Positions 15,999-20,401 of a stretch of DNA of 20,401 nt are shown here, one piece after another. This DNA is from an uncultured Deinococcales bacterium. Its GTDB lineage: Bacteria > Deinococcota > Deinococci > Deinococcales > JAAFIG01. The notes under the pieces are model-generated. The model searched no databases. It saw only the letters and a program-made list of their open reading frames with translations, and was not told the DNA's origin. The stretch covers positions 1 through 20,401 of the forward strand of contig CAXTTL010000069.1 in NCBI GenBank assembly GCA_964247135.1, given 5' to 3'. The position numbers were made by a program, and so were the translations under genes. The stretch's first letter is position 1. Every line of letters starts with the position of its first letter.

Positions 15999-17063
15999 AT
16001 GGATGATATGAGTTCCAAACCAACCATCGAACCAAGTTCCGTGGTCGAAGCCGCCGCCAAACTGCGCACGCTTTTGTTTGAAGTCAAACGCGTGATCGTC
16101 GGGCAAGATTTGATGCTCGAGCGGATGCTGGTGGCGCTCCTTTCCAGGGGGCATATCTTGATCGAAGGCGTGCCTGGACTTGCCAAAACCTTGGCGATCA
16201 AAACCACCGCCGATGCGATTGGTGCCACATTCAGGCGCATTCAGTTCACGCCCGACCTGGTGCCAGCCGATTTGATCGGCACCCGAATTTACAACCAGAA
16301 AGAATCCAAATTCGAGGTCGAACTCGGACCGATCATGGCGAATTTGGTGCTGGCAGACGAGATCAACCGCGCACCCGCCAAAATCCAGAGTGCGCTGCTC
16401 GAGGCGATGCAGGAACGCCAGGTCACGATTGGACAGCAAACCTTCAAACTGCCCGACCCGTTCTTGGTGCTCGCCACTCAAAACCCCATCGAGTCCGAGG
16501 GCACGTACTTTCTGCCAGAAGCCCAGGTGGATCGTTTTATGTTTAAAGTGATTATCGGCTATCCTGGTTTCCACGAGGAAATGACCGTGGTGGACAGGGT
16601 CAGCACCAAATTCGAGGCGATCAATAAAGTCATCTCGAGCGAGGAATTGCGCGGCTTGCAGGAGATGGCAGACCGAATTTACGTGCATCCAAACGTGACC
16701 GAGTACGCCGTGCGCTTGGCTCGAGCCACGCGCGACCCGAGCGAAGCCAAACTGCCAGAACTGAAAAAGTACATCTCCTACGGTTCTTCGCCGCGCGGCA
16801 GTGTGAATCTGATTTTGGGCGCGAAGGCATTGGCAGTCTTGCGCGGACGCGAGTACGCCCTGCCCGAAGACGTGCGCGACCTCGCCCCAGAAATTTTGCG
16901 CCACCGCATCATGCCGTCCTACGAAGCACTGGCGGACGAGAAAAAAATGGAAGACTTTATCGACATGATCTTAAAAGCCATTCCACTGCCAAAAGTGCAC
17001 ATGGGCGACCCGTACAAAACCCAGAACAACAATCTGGCGGCTGGCATGGAAGTCAATCTTTAA
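15999..17063 (+). CDS. moxR: MoxR-family AAA+ ATPase (MoxR proper subfamily)
   Basis: Walker A GHILIEGVPGLAKT, RIQFTPDLVPADLIG, Walker B LADEINRAPAKIQSALLEAMQE, ATQNPIESEGTYFLPEAQVDRF, SPR. Start ATG 15999 with SD GGGAG. Confidence 0.95.
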   Translation: MDDMSSKPTIEPSSVVEAAAKLRTLLFEVKRVIVGQDLMLERMLVALLSRGHILIEGVPGLAKTLAIKTTADAIGATFRRIQFTPDLVPADLIGTRIYNQKESKFEVELGPIMANLVLADEINRAPAKIQSALLEAMQERQVTIGQQTFKLPDPFLVLATQNPIESEGTYFLPEAQVDRFMFKVIIGYPGFHEEMTVVDRVSTKFEAINKVISSEELRGLQEMADRIYVHPNVTEYAVRLARATRDPSEAKLPELKKYISYGSSPRGSVNLILGAKALAVLRGREYALPEDVRDLAPEILRHRIMPSYEALADEKKMEDFIDMILKAIPLPKVHMGDPYKTQNNNLAAGMEVNL

Positions 17064-17111
17064 ACCTTTCAAATTCGTATACCGTTCTTGAGAACTCGAG
17101 AAAATGAAAAC

Positions 17112-18056
17112 ATGCTGACCTTAACCCGACCAAAACCCAAAACGCTCGACGTTCGTCCCGAACCCAAAGCCCCAGAATTGCCCGAGGCTTTGCTGCGCAG
17201 GCTCGAGTTGAAAGTCATTAAGCGGCTGGACGGGTTTTTGTTTGGCGATTATTCGGGCATTTTTTACGGTCCCAGCCTCGACCTCGCCGAAATCCGCGAG
17301 TACCAACCTGGCGACGAGGTGCGGCGCATGGATTGGAATGTCACGGCGCGGTCAGGCAAATTGCACGTGCGCCAATACCGTGAAGAGCGCGAAATCACCG
17401 CCTGGATGGTGGTTGACCTTTCCAAAAGCATGACCTTTGGCACAAGGCGGGTTTTAAAACGAGATTTGGCACTCGAGTTTGCTGGTGTGCTCTCGAGCAT
17501 TATCACGCGGCACGGCGACAAGATTGGCTGCTTGGGCGTCAACGAGGCGGGCATCAAATTTGTGCCGCCGCGCACAGGTCGGGCGCAAACGCTAAACATT
17601 TTGCATCAACTTTCTCACCTCGAGCAAAACTTTGCCCCAGGAAATTTCAGCAACCTCGAGGCAGCACTCGAACGGGTTGAACGCACTTTAAAACGGCGTA
17701 CCATGTTGTTTGTGGTTTCGGACTTCATGGACGCCAATTCCGAATGGGCACAGCCGCTCGGACGCCTCGCGCAACGCCATGACGTGATCGCCGTGCGAAT
17801 CTCTGATCCGGCGGAGCGCGAATTGCCCAACGTCGGCGGCGTGCGATTCCGCGATCCCGAGTCTGGCAGCGAGGTCTGGGTGGACACCAGCAACCCCAAA
17901 GTTCGCCTTGCCCATGCCAAAATGGTCTTAAATCGCAACGAACGCGTGGCTCGAGCCTTCAGGGGCGCTCGGGTCGATGCGCTCGAGTTGAGCACCCATC
18001 TCGAGGTGATCGCCCCAATCATGAAATTTACCCTCAAACGTCGAGGTCGCCGATGA
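17112..18056 (+). CDS. DUF58 domain protein (VWA-like MoxR partner)
   Basis: Motif EIREYQPGDEVRRMDWNVTAR...VRQYREERE, then VDLSKSM and VVSDF. The start is either 17088 (TTG) or 17112 (ATG). Confidence 0.92.
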   Translation: MLTLTRPKPKTLDVRPEPKAPELPEALLRRLELKVIKRLDGFLFGDYSGIFYGPSLDLAEIREYQPGDEVRRMDWNVTARSGKLHVRQYREEREITAWMVVDLSKSMTFGTRRVLKRDLALEFAGVLSSIITRHGDKIGCLGVNEAGIKFVPPRTGRAQTLNILHQLSHLEQNFAPGNFSNLEAALERVERTLKRRTMLFVVSDFMDANSEWAQPLGRLAQRHDVIAVRISDPAERELPNVGGVRFRDPESGSEVWVDTSNPKVRLAHAKMVLNRNERVARAFRGARVDALELSTHLEVIAPIMKFTLKRRGRR

Positions 18057-18090
18057 ACAACCTCCCAAGCCAACTCGAGGAGCGAACATC

Positions 18091-19137
18091 ATGACTTTCA
18101 CCTGGCCACTGCTGTTGTTCTTGATGCTGCTGGTGCCGCTGGCAATCTGGTTTGTGCGCCGCAGCGCCAAAGGTCGGATCGATACCGCCACCGCCTATGC
18201 CGACTCGAATTTGCTTCCCAATGTGCTCTCAGATTCCAAACAATCGCACTCGAGATGGCCACTGAATTTGCAACTGATCGCCTTGGCGTTGTTGTTGTTT
18301 TCGGCGTCACGCCCCATCGGAGCGCCGCCGTTGCCGGTCAACAAAGCCGCCGTCATGATCGCGCTCGACACCAGCAAGAGTATGCAGGCAACCGATGTCA
18401 GCCCGACCAGGCTCGAGGTTGCCAAAGAAATCGTCAAAGAATTTGTCAAACTCGCGCCTAGCAGCACCATGATCGGTTTGGCAACGTTCTCGGACAGCGC
18501 CGCGATTGTCGTGCCCGCCACCACCGACCGCAGCACCTTGCTCGAGAAACTGAACGGGGTCAAAATTGCTGCCAACACGAGTTTGGCTGATGCGGTGGTC
18601 GGCAGCGTCAGGAGCTTACCTGGGCGCAAAAACGTGGACATTCCAAGCGAATTGTTGGGGCTGAAATCCAATGCCAACCAACCCAAACAGCAACAAATTG
18701 ACCCAAGCACGGGTCAGCCAATCAAACCCGTTGACCCTGCGACCTTACCTCCTGGTGCAATCTTGCTGCTGTCCGACGGTACCAGCAACGTTTCAGCCGA
18801 CCCACAACTGGCAGCCAAATTCGCCAAACAGTACAAAGTCAAACTCTACACTGTGGCGGTCGGCAAAGAGGGCGGCGCGGTCATGCAAATCGACGGCAAA
18901 CAATATTTTGTGCCTTTCACACCCAAAACTTTGGAAAGCATGGCGCTCGAGACCGAGGGTAAATTTGTCTTTCCGCCCGAAAAAGCGGCGCTCGAGAAAA
19001 TCTACAAAGAGCTGGGCACCGTTACCGTTTGGGAAGCCACCAAACTCGAGCTGGGCGGAATCTTGTCGGGCTTGGCAGTGGTCCTGATGCTGACGGGCGC
19101 AGGTTTAAGCCTTCACTGGCAACGCAGGATTCCTTAA
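18091..19137 (+). CDS. VWA domain membrane protein (BatA/B-like)
   Basis: N-terminal BatA-like TM segment (MTFTWPLLLFL), MIDAS DTSKSM...LLSDG, C-terminal TM helix. SD GAGGAG. Confidence 0.92.
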   Translation: MTFTWPLLLFLMLLVPLAIWFVRRSAKGRIDTATAYADSNLLPNVLSDSKQSHSRWPLNLQLIALALLLFSASRPIGAPPLPVNKAAVMIALDTSKSMQATDVSPTRLEVAKEIVKEFVKLAPSSTMIGLATFSDSAAIVVPATTDRSTLLEKLNGVKIAANTSLADAVVGSVRSLPGRKNVDIPSELLGLKSNANQPKQQQIDPSTGQPIKPVDPATLPPGAILLLSDGTSNVSADPQLAAKFAKQYKVKLYTVAVGKEGGAVMQIDGKQYFVPFTPKTLESMALETEGKFVFPPEKAALEKIYKELGTVTVWEATKLELGGILSGLAVVLMLTGAGLSLHWQRRIP

Positions 19138-19147
19138 AGGAGTAGGC

Positions 19148-20104
19148 ATGAACTTTCTTTGGCCATTTCAACTTGTGCTCCTGGTGATCGTGCCATTTTT
19201 GCTGTGGTGGTACTGGCGCGACCAAAAACTTCCAGCCGAAAGCGTGGTCTTTCACCCCGACCTCGAGTTTTTAAAGTCCATCAGCACCCCGACGTTCTCG
19301 AGAAACCGCGACATTCCCGCCATTTTGTACCTGCTGGCACTGGGCTTGGGCATTTTTGCACTTGCCCGTCCAACCGCCGCTTTGCCCGTACCCGACAACA
19401 AAACCACCATCATGCTGGCAATTGACGTTTCCTTATCGATGCGAGCCGATGACATCAAACCCTCGAGGTTCGAGGCTGCCCAAGATGCCGCCAGAATTTT
19501 TATCAAGCAACTTCCGGCTGGCACCAAAATCGGGCTGGTCAGTTTTAGTGGTTATGCCGCCGTCAACGTCGAACCGACCGCCGATCACAGTGCCGTTTTG
19601 GACGCGATAGACCAACTTTCACTCGGGCGAGGGACGGCGATAGGCGCGGGGTTGCAACTTGCTACCCAAGCCCTGCCCGAACGCGGCGAGAATGCCAAAA
19701 TCGTGCGCGGTCAACGCCTCCCGCCCGCCGCCATCGTGCTCTTGACCGACGGACGCAACAACCGTCCACCCGAGCCGCTCGAGATTGCCGCCGAGGTGCG
19801 CAACAAAGACGTGAAAGTGTACACCGTCGGACTCGGCACGGACGCCGGTTCAATCGATTTTCAGGGCGGTGGCATGATGGTCGGTTTTGATCCTGAAATC
19901 CTCAAAAACATTGCCGACACCACTGGCGGCAAATACTTCGAGGCACGCTCGAGCGGAGAACTGCAAAGCATTTACCAAGGTTTGGGACGCAGCATCGGCT
20001 GGTCAACCAAACCGGGCGAAATCACGGGTATTTTTGCGGCTTTGGCAGGACTGATGTTGCTCTCGAGCATTGCCTGGAGCGAACGCTCGAGACGGATTGT
20101 TTAA
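19148..20104 (+). CDS. VWA domain membrane protein (BatA/B-like), paralogue of the upstream gene
   Basis: N-terminal TM segment MNFLWPFQL, MIDAS DVSLSM...GTAIG...LLTDG, VYTVGLGT, C-terminal TM helix. SD AAGGAG. Confidence 0.93.
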   Translation: MNFLWPFQLVLLVIVPFLLWWYWRDQKLPAESVVFHPDLEFLKSISTPTFSRNRDIPAILYLLALGLGIFALARPTAALPVPDNKTTIMLAIDVSLSMRADDIKPSRFEAAQDAARIFIKQLPAGTKIGLVSFSGYAAVNVEPTADHSAVLDAIDQLSLGRGTAIGAGLQLATQALPERGENAKIVRGQRLPPAAIVLLTDGRNNRPPEPLEIAAEVRNKDVKVYTVGLGTDAGSIDFQGGGMMVGFDPEILKNIADTTGGKYFEARSSGELQSIYQGLGRSIGWSTKPGEITGIFAALAGLMLLSSIAWSERSRRIV

Positions 20105-20105
20105 G

Positions 20106-20401
20106 TCACTTGCGGATAAAGTATTTGCCGCCAATGTCCAGGGTTTTGTTTTGTACTCCTGAGCTGAAAAATGACAAGCGTTCGATGTGTTTGTCCGTAA
20201 ATCGCAACTCGAGCGCGTAACCATCAATCCAATACGTTCCAGAGGTTTGGTCGCTCGAGCCGGTGGTTAACCCGCCCTGGTTGTTGGTAGATTCAACAGA
20301 GGCGCCACCAGTGAAATTGATTTCAAAACGACCATCGGCGTAAAACCTACAGCGGTTTTCATAATGGTTGACGCGCCAAACGATAACCGCAATCTAAAAA
20401 C
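20106..20401 (-). pseudogene. 3' fragment of a disrupted or frameshifted gene (beta-rich hypothetical protein)
   Basis: A 95-codon open frame runs from an in-frame TAG (20394-20396) to TGA (20106-20108) with no usable start near its 5' end. The translation looks protein-like: ...FYADGRFEINFTGG...SSDQTSGTYWIDGYALELRFTDKHIERLSFF...LDIGGKYFIRK. Confidence 0.55.

Larger units (their letters stand above)
901..20259. repeat. Dispersed highly iterated palindrome CTCGAG (about 135 copies)
   Basis: Manual count of about 135 exact CTCGAG in 20.4 kb, against about 5-6 expected from base composition. First copy at 901, last at 20254. Confidence 0.95.

Noticed and set aside
901-20259. CTCGAG copies as a CRISPR array, tandem repeat or cloning artefact
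   Set aside because: Spacing is irregular, flanks are not conserved, and conserved proteins read through the sites intact in all frames.

Overview
A gene-dense chromosomal window of about 52% GC (estimated by eye), most likely from a Deinococcota (Deinococcales-like) bacterium, judged from the Der sequence and the -10 boxes sitting directly in front of start codons. In order, it holds: (1) a sugar-utilisation cluster (ABC sugar-binding protein, CRTAC1/ASPIC-UnbV FG-GAP lipoprotein, His-motif membrane protein, GH4 alpha-galactosidase, LacI repressor); (2) a GH18-like hydrolase; (3) an ECF sigma factor with a large membrane anti-sigma-like partner; (4) an acyl-CoA carboxylase beta subunit; (5) an ankyrin/RHH/VOC operon; (6) two convergent Uma2 endonucleases; (7) der (engA); (8) a P/Q-rich protein-MoxR-DUF58-VWA-VWA operon; and (9) a disrupted gene fragment at the right edge. 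No CRISPR array, tRNA/rRNA gene or transposase was seen. The strongest unexplained signal is the palindrome CTCGAG. I counted about 135 copies by hand (about 1 per 150 bp, against about 5-6 expected), in all three reading frames and between genes. This resembles the cyanobacterial HIP1 highly iterated palindrome but uses a different motif in a different phylum. The next most interesting items are a six-fold tandem anti-sigma-type motif joined to a bactofilin-like domain, and an uncharacterised CRTAC1 plus duplicated-His membrane protein module inside the galactoside operon.
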